Below, piece after piece: positions 35,589 to 49,021 of a stretch of DNA of 54,173 nucleotides (within the stretch, counting starts at the first letter, position 1; each line of letters starts with the position of its first letter). Source of the stretch: Peribolospora baueri (taxonomy: Eukaryota); NCBI GenBank assembly GCA_029717555.1, contig JAMDHS010000016.1:248001-302173 (forward strand). Direction: 5' to 3'. Below the pieces are notes generated by a model. It had not been told where the DNA came from. It did not search any database and saw nothing but the letters and a program-made list of their open reading frames with translations. Made by a program: the position numbers and the translations under genes.

Positions 35589-38500
35589 ATGGGCAACTCC
35601 GTCTCCTCCAGCGCCCGTCTCGCCGGCATCAACAACCTCGTCGGCGAGCTCGGCCAGGACGTCCAATATGAGAAGAGGTGCGCCACGTTCTGCCTTGTTT
35701 TGCTTTGCGTCGCTCGGTATCCAATCTGGAGGCTTTGAGCACGTCCGTCTGTACCCAGGCGAGTGGATGGAAGGATGGAAGGGAAAGGCGCATAGACGGA
35801 CGGTCGGTCGGACGGAGACGGCGAGCTGGGCAGTCATGGTGCGAGAAGGGGCACCTGACGAGTGCATTTATCTCGCCTATCTCCTCTCGCATGTGAACCC
35901 AGCATCGGCTCATCACGCTTTCTCAAGGCTATCCGAGCCCGACACTCCAACGGGCCCCTCGTCGTCAAGCTCTTCATCAAGCCTGACCCGGGCATGACGC
36001 TCCGAAATCTCGTTCGCAGATTGAGAGGTGCGTGCGTCCAACGCGCTCTCCGGACATGGTGGCTCGATAGGCTGACTCGTGTTCCATCTACCTTCTTTCA
36101 CACCATCTCCGCCTTCTCAGTCGAACGAGAAGCGCTCTCCGAGGTCCCCAACATCCTCACCCATCACAAGGTCATCGAGACCGATCGAGCGGGCTATCTC
36201 ATTCGACAATGGCTTTCGAACAACTTGTACGACCGTATCAGGTGAGCCGGCAAACCGTTCGAAGCGTTGCCCGCCGCTCCTCGACCTAACGAGCATCGTC
36301 TGTTTCTTTTTTCCCCTACTGCGCCGTGCGACAGCACTCGGCCGTTCTTGACGGTGTACGAGAAGAAATGGATCGCCTTTCAGCTGCTTTGTGCCATGCG
36401 CGACGCCCGGGAGCGCAAGGTGGGAAACGACGCCTTCTACCGTCGAGCACCGGTCACTCTGAACGTCTCTTTCATCCATCCTCTCCCTTTTTCGTAGATT
36501 GCGCACGGCGACCTCAAGTGCGAGAACGTGCTAGTGACGACGTCCAACTTTGTCTACATCACTGATTTTGCCTCCGCCTTCAAGCCGACCTATCTGCCCC
36601 TCGACGATCCCGCCGACTTCTCCTTCTTCTTCGACACCTCTGGACGACGTACGTGCTACATCGCTCCCGAGCGCTTCTACGAGCATGACTCGGAGATCGG
36701 AATTCGTAAGGCTCAGGAGAAAGCAGAGGCCGATGCTAGGGCCGCGACAGGGTATTATGCAGCTGCTGGAGGTGGCGCTGGAGTACCGGCCGCCGGCTCC
36801 TCTTCCCAAGACGCCGCAGAGGAGTTTCTGGGCCTAGGAAAGAGGGACGGAAAGGTGTCAGAGGCGATGGACGTGTTCTCGCTCGGATGCGTCATCGCTG
36901 AACTCTTTAGGGATGGAACCCCCATGTTCACCCTCAGCCAGCTGTACAAGTATCGAGACGGCGAGTATGACCCTGAGGGCGCCTTGGCGGAGATTGAGGA
37001 CGCCCACGTACGAGTGAGTCCACTGTCCGCGGCCACTTTTGGGTCCTCCTCGCCCTTTCCCTCTCCTTCTCTCGTACCGTGCGTCGTCCGGGATGGAATC
37101 CACTCCTCCCATTGGCGCCGGAACTGCCTGCCTGCCTGTCCTGCCCGTCTGACGATCGCCTTCGTTCACAGTCCATGGTCAGATCCATGATCTCCCTCGA
37201 CCCGACGTCTCGCCTCCCCTTCGAAGGATATCTATCTACCTGCCGCGGCACTGCCTTCCCAGACATCTTCTACACGTTCCTCCACGACTATGTCGTCTCC
37301 ATCAACCGCACCTGCTCTCCTCTTTCCCTTTCCCCTCCCGTCCACCCTCAACAACAACCTTCCGTATCCTCCCATTACCCTTCCTCCGCTTCGCTCTCTA
37401 CAGCCGCCGCCGCTCCCTCACAGGCTGGAACTATCTCTACCGCGACGGCAACAGCAGGCGTCGGGACGGGCGTGGGAACGATGGGAACGACGAGCGGCGG
37501 ATCTACTCTGGGCCCGTCGGCGCCCAGCATGGCTGGCGGGGAGCCGGTGGCGGGGACGGTGCTGAGCACGGATGCGGACGAGAGGATAGAGCGGCTATGG
37601 GAGGAGTGGGTTGGCGTCGTCGGCTGGTTGGACAAGGAGCGGGCAGGGGCAGGGGTGGATGAGCGTACCGATCATCGGGAAAGCTCCAAAGCTTCCGTCA
37701 AGGGCTGGGAAAAAGGCACAGGCAAGGAGATGGATAAGGTGAGCGCAGCGGTGTCGGATACGGGGCCGCGGCGGCGTCTTTGGGCGGCGGCTGACAATGT
37801 CTCTCTTGACCTTGACGGTACAGGACGCCTTCTCAGTGCAATTGTTCATTCCGGGCCTTGAGGACTGCTCTCTTCTGTCGGCCTCCAAGATCGTTTACGA
37901 AGGTGAGTCTTGCGAGATTTTTAACCGTCGTTTTTTTGCAGTCCATCTCGTCCCTGAAGGGCCTACATGTCGTCTTGTTTTCCGCTACACAGAAGGCGCC
38001 TTTCTTGTCCTCCTCTCCTTGTTGCTCTCCAACCTCCGCAATTGTCTTCGTCCCTCATCCAAACTCCACGCCCTCGATCTTCTCCTCCATCTTTCCGCTA
38101 CCGGCCTCAGCGATGAGACCAAGCTCGACCGCGTCGTGCCGTACGTCGTGGCGCTGTTCGAGGACGAGAGCGCCAACGTCCGAGCGGCGAGCGTCAAGAC
38201 GGTGACACAGATCGTGAGTGCATCCCAAACGAGTGGCAGCTCACCCTCGTCATACGCAACGTCGCTAACAACGTGTCCCCCGTCCTCCACCAGCTCCTTC
38301 TCGTCAACGCCATCACGCCCTCCAACGCCGCCATCTTTCCGGAATACATCCTTCCCAACGTCCGACACTTTACCAACGATCCCGAGGCGAGCGTTCGGGC
38401 CGCGTACGCTAGCTGCATCGTTCCCCTTGCCGAGACGGGGCAGCGGTATCTAGAGATGGGGCAGGCGATGAAGGCAGAGGGCATGTTTAGGACGGACACG

Positions 38501-41500
38501 TACGGAGACGGACTGTTGGCCGAGTTTATGGAGGGCAGTCCTTACGAGGTGTGTGTTTGTGTTTGACTGCGATATTCCTGGCGCGAGAAGCGATGGGTGC
38601 TGGCCGATCGATCTCATTGACCCTCTGCTCTATCTTCTTTCACAGGCCTCGTACGATGCTGGTCTTCAAGACCTCCAAAGCTCGATCCAGGATCAAGTGA
38701 CCACCCTGCTCACCGACCCGAGCTCGTCCGTGAAACGAGCCCTCCTCCAATCTATCACGCCCCTCTGTATCTTTTTCGGGCGTACAAAAACGAACGATGT
38801 TCTTCTTAGCCACATGATCACCTTTCTCAACGACCGCGACTGGCTTTTGCGCGAGGCCTTCTTCGTCAGTATCGTCGGCGTCGCGACGTGCGTCGGTGCC
38901 AAGAGTCTTGAGGAGTATATCCTGCCGCTGATGCTGCAAGCCCTTTCAGGTGCGCCGTGCCCCTCAGGCCGATAGAGCCAAGCGAGCGATCGTCGGCTCT
39001 GCTTCTGTTCGCTCTCGTCGCTCACCCATGTTTTCTTCTCCGGGGAACGTGACGAGCAGACACGGAAGAGTTCATCGTCGCAAGGGTGATCAACGGCCTG
39101 ACCTCGCTCACCGAGCTTGGACTGTTCCCGAAAGCGCGCTTGTGGGACTTGCTCGGTAGCATCATCGGCTTTCTTTGTCACCCCAACGTATGGATCCGAC
39201 AAAGCGCCGCTGGCTTCGTCTCCGCGGCGAGCAAGCAGTTGCCCGAGACGGACGTGTGGTGCGTACTCTATCCCAGCTTGAGGCCCTTGCTCAAGGCCGA
39301 CGTGAGCACGATCACCGAGCTCAGTTTGGTGGACATGCTACAAAGCCCGGTGAGTTTTCTTTTATCGGCGTATCGGGCGGGGTCCGCTCGCCCGACGTCA
39401 CGCTCATATCTCTCCCCCTCCCTCCCGTTTCATCGGACGTCGATAGCTGCCTCGTTCCATCTTTGACGCAGCGGTGTCCTGGGCGGCTAGAGCCAACAAG
39501 ACGCTGTTTTGGAAGACGCCAAAGGACGCTCGCGGTCGTCCTGGCCTGAGCAACGGTCTTTACAAGGAAGGCGTGCATCTTCTCGCGGGCAAGAAGACGG
39601 CAGCAACATCGAGAGGCATCTCGCCGAGGAGCGATGAGTGAGTGGAGAAGAGCGTCACCTCGAATGACAGGGCGCGTCCTCACCAACGTTCTGGAAAACC
39701 GTGTCGCTTGCAGAGATGACGGCCATCTGGATCGCTTACGCGCGATGGGGATGACGGCCTCGGACGAGATCAAGCTGGCGGCCATGCGAGAATACATCCT
39801 CAAGCTGGGGAGGGGAAAGAATGTCACCTCTCGAACCGAGCCTGAAAGCGCGTTGGCTACCACCACACCCGTCGAGCTACAGAATCTCGAGGGCGTCACG
39901 CCTCAGACCATCTTTTTCAGCTCGCGCACCGTCCCCGAACCAAACGGGCCGATAATGGATCCTTACTCTCCTGCACGTCCCAGCTCGCTCCGATCGCAGA
40001 CGACAGAGTCTTTCGTCAGGCGCAGCGGAAGCGCTGCCAACCTACAGCGACTGTCGTTGCAGGACGCGCACGCGCGAGCGCCTAGGAAGTTTAGCGACGC
40101 CAGCACGACGGCAAGCGCGAGTCCGTTGGAGGAGCTTAGAAGACGAATGGAATCGCCCAGCGTAGCGTCCGGCGGTACACCGTCCTTGCCTCCCTCCTCC
40201 ACCATGCCACCCATGTTGGAGAACTTGCCACCCACGCCTCCGGTGGCGTTGTCGTCAGGTGCAGCAACGCCGGATGCCCTGAGCACGTTGCCGTTCATTC
40301 CCGCGAGCCCTTCTCGGTGCTCGACCCCGGCGGTCGGCCATTCGAAAGGGCACGCCGGCCGTCAGCTGATCAGCAAAGCGGCACCGGCCGTCGGATCTTC
40401 CTTCACGACGGCGACGGGCACGATGGACATTACGGCCAAGTTTGACGATGTCCGCTCCGGACGCTCTACCCCGGCTTCCACGCTCCGTGGGCGACTCGGA
40501 TTGGGCGCCGAGACAGGAGTGGAGGTCCAAGGTCCGCGGTTTACGAGTACATACGACGGGAACGACCCCAACGTGCGGTCGCACCTCGAGGACGTCTACC
40601 TCCGTCTCTTCCGAGAGCCGATACCCGAGTTCGGACCTCGGGTCGCTAACGGACCGCCTAGACGACGAGCCTCGGCTCGCTCGTCGCTGGCGTCGAGGGA
40701 GCGCCTGAGTGGAAGCGTGGGCGGCACTGGCAGCGCTCGAAAACCGGAAGGGTCGCTAGTGGCCTATTTCACTGAGCACGCCGGAGGGGTGACGAGCTTG
40801 GTGGTGAGCCCGGACCATCTCTTCTTCGTCAGCGGGAGCGAGGACGGGTCAGTGAAAGTGTGGGACACGACGCGGCTGGAGAAGAACGTGACGAGCCGGT
40901 CAAGGGCGACGTACGCGGCCCAGCGGGGACCCATCACAGCATTGGCCATGGTCGAGAACAGCCATTGCGTGGCGAGCGCGAGCGAGGACGGTAGCTTGCA
41001 CGTCTTCAAGGTCGAGGTGACGCCTGGCGGTAACCTGCCTCGGTATGGCAAGCTGCCGCTCGTCAGGAATTTCCAGATCAGCCAGCCGGGCGAGTGGGCG
41101 ACTTGTATGGCACAATGGAACACGGGTGAGTGAAAACTTTTATACGACATCGTCAGCTTGACGTTTCGGCTGAATCGGACGGACATTTGGGATTGTCATG
41201 CCGCCGTCGCCGCCGCCGCAGATACGACGTCAAATCTCTTGTTGGGCACAACGGCTTCTCGAATCATCCGTCTGGACTTGAGGACGATGCAAATCCAAAC
41301 GTCGTTTCAGAATCCCGTCCACCACGGCCCGATTTCTTGTCTCTGCGTCGACCGCCGGCATGTGTGGTTGTTGGTCGGCACGACGGGCGGCACGGTGAGC
41401 TTGTGGGACCTTCGCTTCGGCCTCCGGCTTCGAAGCTGGAAGGTTGGGGCGGGGGAGGAACCGGAGGCGGGAGCAGGGATCGTGCGGGTAAACGCGATCA

Positions 41501-42782
41501 AGATCCATCCGAGCAAGGGCAGGGGTCGGTGGGTGATGATCGCGTGCGAGCGCCTAGCCGAACCGACGCCGAGGGCCAGGGCCGCCGCCGCCGGCGGCGC
41601 CATGGCGGCGCGGGGAGACGAAAAAGAGGCGGCCGAGGATCTCTTCTCGTCGACTGATTCGCCTTCGCCGTTCATCGAAGAGCGAACACATATCAAGCGA
41701 CGGCAAAGGCGGACGGCCGAAGCGGACGAGGGCCGGCGGAGGGGCGCATCGAACGAGGTCTTGGTGGAGGTATGGGATATCGACAAGGTGGAGCGTGTGG
41801 AGGCGTTCGAGGTGGGGGCGTTCCCGCCGTCTGGCTCGCCCGAGGGAGAAGAGGCTTCGACGTCGGCTTCGGCGTCGCCGTCGGGGGATGGGGCGGGAAA
41901 GAGCAAGACGGGGACGACAACGGATGCTCCGTCGCGCTCCTCTGCGAGGTCGGAGGAAGAGGAAGAGGAGGACAAGTTGGACGACGCGGCGGGTGCGATC
42001 GCACGTCTGGTTCGAGAACGGGAAGCGGCGGGGCGAGCGAATGGGACGAAGACGGGCGCAAAGTGGAGCGCGGCGGACGGGCAAGAGGACGGGGGCGGGC
42101 TGACGTCGCAGAGAGGGGACGTGAAGGCGATCGTGGTCGGGCTCGAAGGGTACGGCTCGGTTTATTCCGCGTCGGGGGCGACGTCAGGTGCCGTACCAGG
42201 CTCAGGCGGCTGGTTGGACGCGGGCAGGTTAGCGGCCGACGCGGGCAGCGGCGGTGGTGGTGGTGCATCTTCGGGCGCCGGCGCCGGCGCGGCGGGCTTC
42301 ATGCTGTGCGCGGGAGAGGACCGGTGCGTGCGGTTCTGGGACCTTGGTCGGTGCGAGAGGAGCACCGTCGTCGGTGCTGGCCGGGATTCGGAGAAGGGCG
42401 AGTTCAGGTGAGTGAGCGCGGCGGTCTTCGCCAGCCGACGGACGGGACGCGGACGGCGTTGGCTGACGGGGAGGTTCTATCTCTGGCATGCATCCACCAT
42501 CTCAGGTCATTCCCATCCTCGCCGGCTCGCTCTACCGCCGCTCGACACATCCACCGCCAACCGCGCACATCAGGCTCCTCGACGTGGTCCACGGGCGGCG
42601 GCGGCGGCGCTGCGGCCAGCGCTGGAGGGGGACGACCAAGCACGTCTTCTCTGATGGCGACGCAGCAACAACAGCTGCTGAGATGCCCGATCGACGCGGT
42701 GACGGCTCTGGCGGTCATCGAACACCCTTTCCGGTGTGTTGTGGCGGGAGAGCGGCGGGGCGGAGTGAGGGTTTGGGAGTGA
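35589..42782 (+). CDS. VPS15: PI3-kinase regulatory subunit Vps15 (kinase-like domain, HEAT repeats, WD40); multi-exon
   Basis: Myristoylation-type start MGNSVSS; YEKS/IGSSRFLKAIRARH; LYDRIS/TRPFL..EKKWIAFQLL; IAHGDLKCENVLVT..ITDFA; KPTYLPLDDPADFSFFFDTSGRRTCYIAPERF; HEAT region NDVLLSHMITFLND; WD40 SPDHLFFVSGSEDGSVKVWD. Ends GVRVWE*. Confidence 0.96.
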
Positions 42783-44045
42783 TGGGGGGATGGACATGGA
42801 GCGTCGGCAAGCCTGGTTTGATTTTGCCGGCGCCTCGTCGTGTACTGCCCCGTCCGTGCGTCGGGCGTGATATCGTCTCGTCTGATCCGGCATCTCCACC
42901 GATACTCTTGGTTCATCTATCTATCTATCTATCTGTACACCTTTATTGATCGAATCGATCGACTTGCTTGCATTTCCACTTTACATATTACGTCGCGCGA
43001 GGCGACGCAAATGCGATGCGCACGGTGTTTGCAGCCGTTGCGCGTCGCTAAGCACTAAGCGCTAAGAAACGACGATATGTAGGCGTGGTCGGGATTAGAA
43101 GCCATCGAGTGGCTAGCTGCACAGCGGAAATTACTAGTGGCGTTGGGGTTCTATGGCCGACGTCGGGGTCGATTCTGTCGTGTTGTCGCCATCGTCGTCG
43201 TCATCATCGACGTCGGCCGCCGGCGTGAGCACAAGCCAAGGCCTTCTTTCATTAACGCACGCACGGTCTTGCAGCGGGCGATGGTTGGGAACGAGTTGAC
43301 GCACTGATGTCGTCGACAGGACGACGGCGACGACGACGATGGCTGCCGTGACGACGAGGACGACCTCCCCTTCCTTTCCTCCCTTCGACGCCACTCGGCA
43401 AGACTGTATCCTCCCACGTATGCGCAGATCGCCGCCGGCGAGCGTCGGCCCGACCTTGACCCGGCCCCAGCACCCGATCGACGGCACAGCAAGCAAGCAA
43501 GGGACGGCGGAGGCACTCACGCAACTCGGAGCGGACGGAGAGACTGCCGCCGTCGAATCGATTCGACTCGGCGACGAGGGAAAGGGAAAGGGAAAGGGCA
43601 AGCACAAACGAGGCCCGTCCGACGGAGGGCGAAGACGAGGAAGACAAAGGTTTTGGAAACTCCCGTGGCCGTCCGACACGACACATCCATCTTAGCAGCG
43701 CATAAACGTAGATCTGCTCTCGGTCAGCTTCATCTGCCGATCTCTGCACCTTCTTGCACGGCCTTGCCTTGCTTGATATTGCCTGATCTTGATCTTGCCT
43801 CCCCTCGGTCACCATCCTCTTCTCTGCCCTCGCGTTCCTTCCACCCACCCTCCGCCCACCGTCGCAGGATAAGGGAGAGGCTCGCGCAAGACCGCCTGCT
43901 ATTCTTGCGCCAGCTGCCCTCCTCGCTCTCGCTCTTAGCCTCGCCCTCGTCCTCGAAGAAGATCAGCAAGACACCTTCTCCCTCCCTCTTACCACCTCTT
44001 CTTCCTCTCCTCCCCATCCTCGCCCGCCCTCCCTCTCCTCGCCGC

Positions 44046-44096
44046 GACGACGACAACGACGACGACAACAACAACAACAACAACAACAACAACGAC
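44046..44096 (+). repeat. (GAC)n(AAC)9 microsatellite immediately upstream of the 44109 start codon
   Basis: gacgacgacaacgacgacgac followed by nine aac units. Confidence 0.9.
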
Positions 44097-44108
44097 GTCC
44101 GGTTGGAC

Positions 44109-47100
44109 ATGAAGAAGCTTACGCGCCGTCGCGACCACCCCTCCCCCTCCCCCTCTTCTTCCACCGGCGGGCCACCTTCCTTGGCCGCGCCCACCTCCAC
44201 CTCCACGCCGACGACGCCCCTCACCGCCCCGCCGTCCGCCTCGGCAAGCACCGATGCTAACCCCTCGCCCTCCGGAACGTACCATCGCCCCGTCCTGCCT
44301 CTGCATCTGCCTTCTTCGTCTCTGCTCTCCGGCGCCCAAGACGCATATCTCCCCTCCGGACCCACCACGTCTCGCTCGGCGGCGGCGGCCACGGGCTTGT
44401 CGGCGTACGAGAGGTTCAAGAGGAAGGACTATTGTGAGTCCGAGTCCCATCCCGAGTCCGACTTCCAGTCCCACGCCCACCACCGCCTCCTCCTCCTCCT
44501 TGCCCTCCCTCCCCCCCTTCTTCTCTTTCTTCTTCGGCCGCCTCCGTTCCTTCTGCGTCGCTCACCGACCACCGGCCTCGGCGTCTGTCTCGTCTTCCTT
44601 TCTCTCCCCCCGTTCCCAAAGCCGACATCTGCGTCCTCCCCGGTCGCACGCCCACGCCCGCTTCGCCTTCTTACTCCCTCCCACAGACGCCCTCCTTTGC
44701 TCTGTCTCCGACGTCGCTCAACGGCGACGACGTCCGCACCGCCAAGCAAGCCCAAGCCCAAGCCAGTCCTCCAAGTGACCCCCCCACTCCTTCTCCTTCC
44801 ACACCCTCTTCGTCTTCCTCTTCGGTCGCCCACCGCCAGCCTGTGCTCACCTTCATCACCCGCACCCAAGCCCCTGCTCACCACGTCGCTGTTATGCCTC
44901 CCGATCACCGTCATGCCCCTCCGCCTGTTCCTGTCCTCCCGGCTCCGCCTTCGGCTCCTGTCCCGGCCCGGGCCCCAGCACCAGCACCAGCACCATCTCC
45001 AGCTCCATCTCCAGGTCCAGCTACAAACGCAAACGGGTCGCCTGCTTCTCGCACGACGCTGCCTCCTCCGGCATCCACGTCCACGTCCACGCCGCCATCT
45101 CATACCTCCTATTCGTCGTCTTATCAGCCTCACGCTCATGCTCATCGCCCTCGCTCCCCCGGCCCTTCTTCGGCCAACGCGTCCACGCCCTCCTCTTCTC
45201 CGAGCCCGAACCTTGGCGCCAAAAAGCATCACCACCACCCGACCTTTGGAAAGGGAGATCTCCCTCCTTCCGCCCCGCACAACTCTGCTTCACGTCTAGC
45301 ATCCCACCCCCACCCCCCCGGCCACGGCGTCGTCCATGGCGAGTCCGCCGGGACGTCTCGGGCAAGCGATGCCAATGCCGCCGCCGCCTTGCCCACGACG
45401 CCACTGACACCGAGCGCCATGCCGTCGACGCCGATGAAGCAATACACAAGCGGCCTCCCGCTCATGACGCCCGCCGCCCACAAGTCCATGGCCGCCACCC
45501 CGGGCGATCTGCCTGCTACCCCCGTCAGCGAGGCCGGAAGAGGACTCGGCATGAGTATTCCTACCAAGTCGTCACCGCCGTCGTCGGTCCAGACCCAGTC
45601 CCAGTCCTCGCCTGCGAGGGAAGACGTCGTCGTCGTCGACGCCGACCACAAGCCTCCTTCGCCGCCAGAGTCGTTCGTCGACTCGCCCTCGTCCCCGCCT
45701 TTCGATCGCCCTCCTCCGTCCGCTTCCGCCTCCACTTCCGTTTCCGTTTCCCCCGCCGCCGGTCGTGAACCGCGACCGCGACCGGACCTGGTGAGAGACC
45801 TGCCCACGCCGCCGAGCAGCGTCGTTGGCCATTCCCGTGCGAGCGACCACACGCGCTCCTCCGATGGCTCTGCGCTGGGCGAGGAGGAGGAGGCGGAGGC
45901 GGAGGTGGAGGTGGAGGTCGTGGAGGAGGCCGTGAAAGGAGAAGAAAAAGAAAACGCAAAACAAAGCCTCGAAGTGCCCAAGGCGGCGGAGACGACCCCC
46001 TCCCCTCCGCCCGGCCCTGTCGTCTTCCGCATCCTCTTCCATCCTTCACCTAACGTCCGCCGCTTCTCCCTTGTCGACCTCGTAGAGTCCCTCGACCTTT
46101 CCGACGTCAAAAACCTTCGCGAGACCGCCTCCGCCCCTCGTGCCCTGCTCAGCGACGGAGAAGGCAAGGAGCTCGTCCTCGAACGCTTCCTCGGCTCGCT
46201 CGGCTACCGATGCTGGCCCAAGCCGTCCCCCGTCTCCAACGCTCCCTCCTCGTCCCCGACCCGAGGGAGGGACGCCGCGCAGGACGAGGAAAAGACAAAC
46301 CAGTGCGACGATCAAGACCCGCTGCCGCTGAGTATCTCCGACATGGACGCATTCCTCCTCTTCCACGACCTCCTCCCCGAGTACCACCTCGTCGCCCTCC
46401 AAATCCTCCAGGCCGCCCATCATCCGCGCGACGTCGACCCGCGCATGGGCCGCATCGCCCGCATCACCACGCGCGCCTACAACCGCTTCTATCACAGGCT
46501 CAGGATCCAGCCGCCGGGATTGGGGCCGACGATCTGGCAGCTCATCGAGCGTCGCAGGCAGACCGACAACCTCGGCTTCCGCACACCCGACTCGGCCGCC
46601 GCCGCCGCCGCCGCGTCCGTCTACCCCCGACGTAGAGACCCATCGCCGTCCGCAGGGAAGAACGGTCGGTCCAGGAGCGCCGTCAACGTCCATCGGCCCC
46701 ACCGCGACCCTTCTTCCTCCCACGATCATCCCCATCCCTCCGGTCCGCCGGTCAGCTCGAGCGCCAAGATCGCCGCACAGGCTCGCGCCGCCGCCGCCGC
46801 CGCCGCCGCTGCCACTGCCGTCTTCAACGAAGAACGGGGGCGCGGAGACGCCTCTTCGCGGTGGGGTAGCGCTAGCGAGGGCGATGTGCGCGGAGCGTCG
46901 GGGCGAATCGACAAGCGTTATCAGACCGCCGATTTGAAGAGGGTCAACAGCTATTACCACCTTCCCAACGCACACCCGTCCCACCACGATCGCACACACC
47001 CGCAAGGCCCGCCGAGGAGCGCCTCCAACGTCGACCTGCGCAGCATGGGCGGCGGCGCGGAGCGCAAGCACCACCGGCGGCACTCTTCTCAGGACCTCCC

Positions 47101-48230
47101 GCCGCCCTTGCCCACCGGTCCTTCCCCTTCTTCTTCTTCGTTTTCCTCTACCGCCATCCACCCCGGCATTACCAGCCCTTACCGACCGGGCCGAGCGGCG
47201 CTTCTGCGCGTGTGGGTGCCCGCGACGCGAGGAAACTGGATGACGGACGAGGAGATCGTGTCGTGCGAGCAAGAGCTCTTCCGCTCCGGCGTCTGGCCCT
47301 TCCTCCGTCGCGGTGACGTCGTGTCCAACCTAGCGATGAACGACGAGCGCAACAACGGAAAGCTCGTCTTCGACGGTCGCTTCCTCAGAGACCTCGACTT
47401 TGCCTTTGACCCCATCGGCCATCTCCCCGATTGGTTGAACTTGCTCGCTTTCCCGCCTAGGTGAGCGTACGGCGCGCGCGTTTCGACGCCACCTTTCGTT
47501 CCTCTTTTTCTTTTTTCTAATACTTTCTTTCCTTCCCTTCTTCAGCTATTTCCACAACATCGTTCGCAGCAGCAAGCCCACCCCGGTCGTCTACCTCAAC
47601 GTCGAACCCTGGCGCGATAGCATCGTGAGCAACCTCCGCCTCGTGCAGGATTACGTCGAGACGACGAGCCCTCAGGGCCGGTACCGCATCGCCAAGTGGG
47701 TCTACCGCTCCCAGATGACCCTCCGCGAGGGCGCGCTCATCTCCAACGAGGGCGGCAAGGGCGGAAAGGGACCTGGCGGGATCGAGGTCCTCGACGACGC
47801 TTGGGTCGGCAAGCTCGTCATCGAGACCGACGGTCAGTTCCCGCGCCCGCCCGAGTTCCCGCTCGCTCGTGATTTTCGCCGTGTTCCGATTTCCGTCGAC
47901 CCATCCTCTTCCCTCCTTTTCTTCTTCTTCTTTTCCTTCCGTTTAGGCACCTCTGAACACGCCAAAGAGCTCCTCACGCGCTGCATGGCCGCCGAGCCCT
48001 CGCCGCACCTCGCCAGCCTGCTCGGCCCGACCTCCACCTCCCCCTCCGGCGCGCCGCTCCCGCCTCTCAACCACCTCTCGGCGGCCAACGGCCTCGGCGG
48101 CGGCGGCGGCGGCGGTAAGGGGCGCAAGGATGCCGGAGGGCAGCTCACGCCTTGGTGGATCCTCAGGGACCGCAGTCGGCCTGGGGAGATCTGGCTCAGG
48201 CCGGTTGAGCAGAAGGAGAGGTGTGGTTGA
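44109..48230 (+). CDS. Uncharacterised Pro/Ser-rich protein with a compact globular C-terminal domain; 4 exons
   Basis: Exons 44109-44433, 44687-47460, 47546-47832 and 47947-48230 join in phase through GT-AG introns with pyrimidine tracts. The C-terminal region YRPGRAALLRVWVP...GDVVSNLAMNDERNNGKLVFDGRFLRDLD...LAFPPSYFHNIVR...WVGKLVIETDGT has ordered-domain composition. Confidence 0.75.
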
Positions 48231-49021
48231 GCGCTAACACCTCTCTGCTTATTTATCCCTTCATGCCTTCTCAGGCCCACTCTTCTGCGCCGCATGGACA
48301 ACGGATCCCTCCTTGTTCGCTTCCCGACCTTCCTCTTGGGTGGTACGGACTCATTTTCTCTCCTTTCTGGGCCGCCTGGCGCCTTTCATCGCTAGCATCG
48401 ACTTCTCTCTCTCCCATCCTCCATCCCGCCTGTGTCCCCACTCCCCCCTCCCCCCTCCCCGTCCCGCCTCACTCCACCTCCTATCATCACTCCACCTGTA
48501 TCCCGACCGTCAGACCCGATATAGCTTCTCACACGCGTATATCCATAGTTGTAGCAGCACCTGGCGTACAAGCCCGCCGGGGCCCCCCCCCCCCTCTTTC
48601 ACGGCGTCGCCTCTCAAGTCCTCTCTCGTCGCACGCGGCCCCCCTTGTCGTCCTTTTTCATCCAATATTGTCACTCCCCGCCGTCCCATCCTACCCTGTT
48701 CCTCGTCCTCGTCAGACGCCTCGTGGCACCACCCCGTCCGCCCCGTCTCCCCTCCCAGCCGCTGCAGCGATGTGCGCGAAACTACCCCTCCTTCGTTTCG
48801 ACCGTCTCCTGCTCGTATCGTGTGTGTCTCGTTCGGTCGGTCGTGCGAGCGCCGTGCGTGGGAAAATGATTCTGCGTTGCCGCAGTCTTTGAAGTGATCG
48901 AGCGCATCGACGGGCTTTCCTTCTCGTGCGTCCTCACATACAGATAGACGACCGCACCATTCGTAGATACCCGTTCTTTCCTTCCCCTTTCTCTCTTCCT
49001 TCCCTTCTCAACGGCCTCTGC

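Noticed and set aside
36560..36575. VPS15 kinase DFG motif reads DFA
   Set aside because: This is normal for the Vps15 family.
43653..45299. 548-aa plus-strand ORF
   Set aside because: It is a composite of 5' UTR, true exon 1, a retained pyrimidine-rich intron (44434-44686) and the wrong frame of exon 2.
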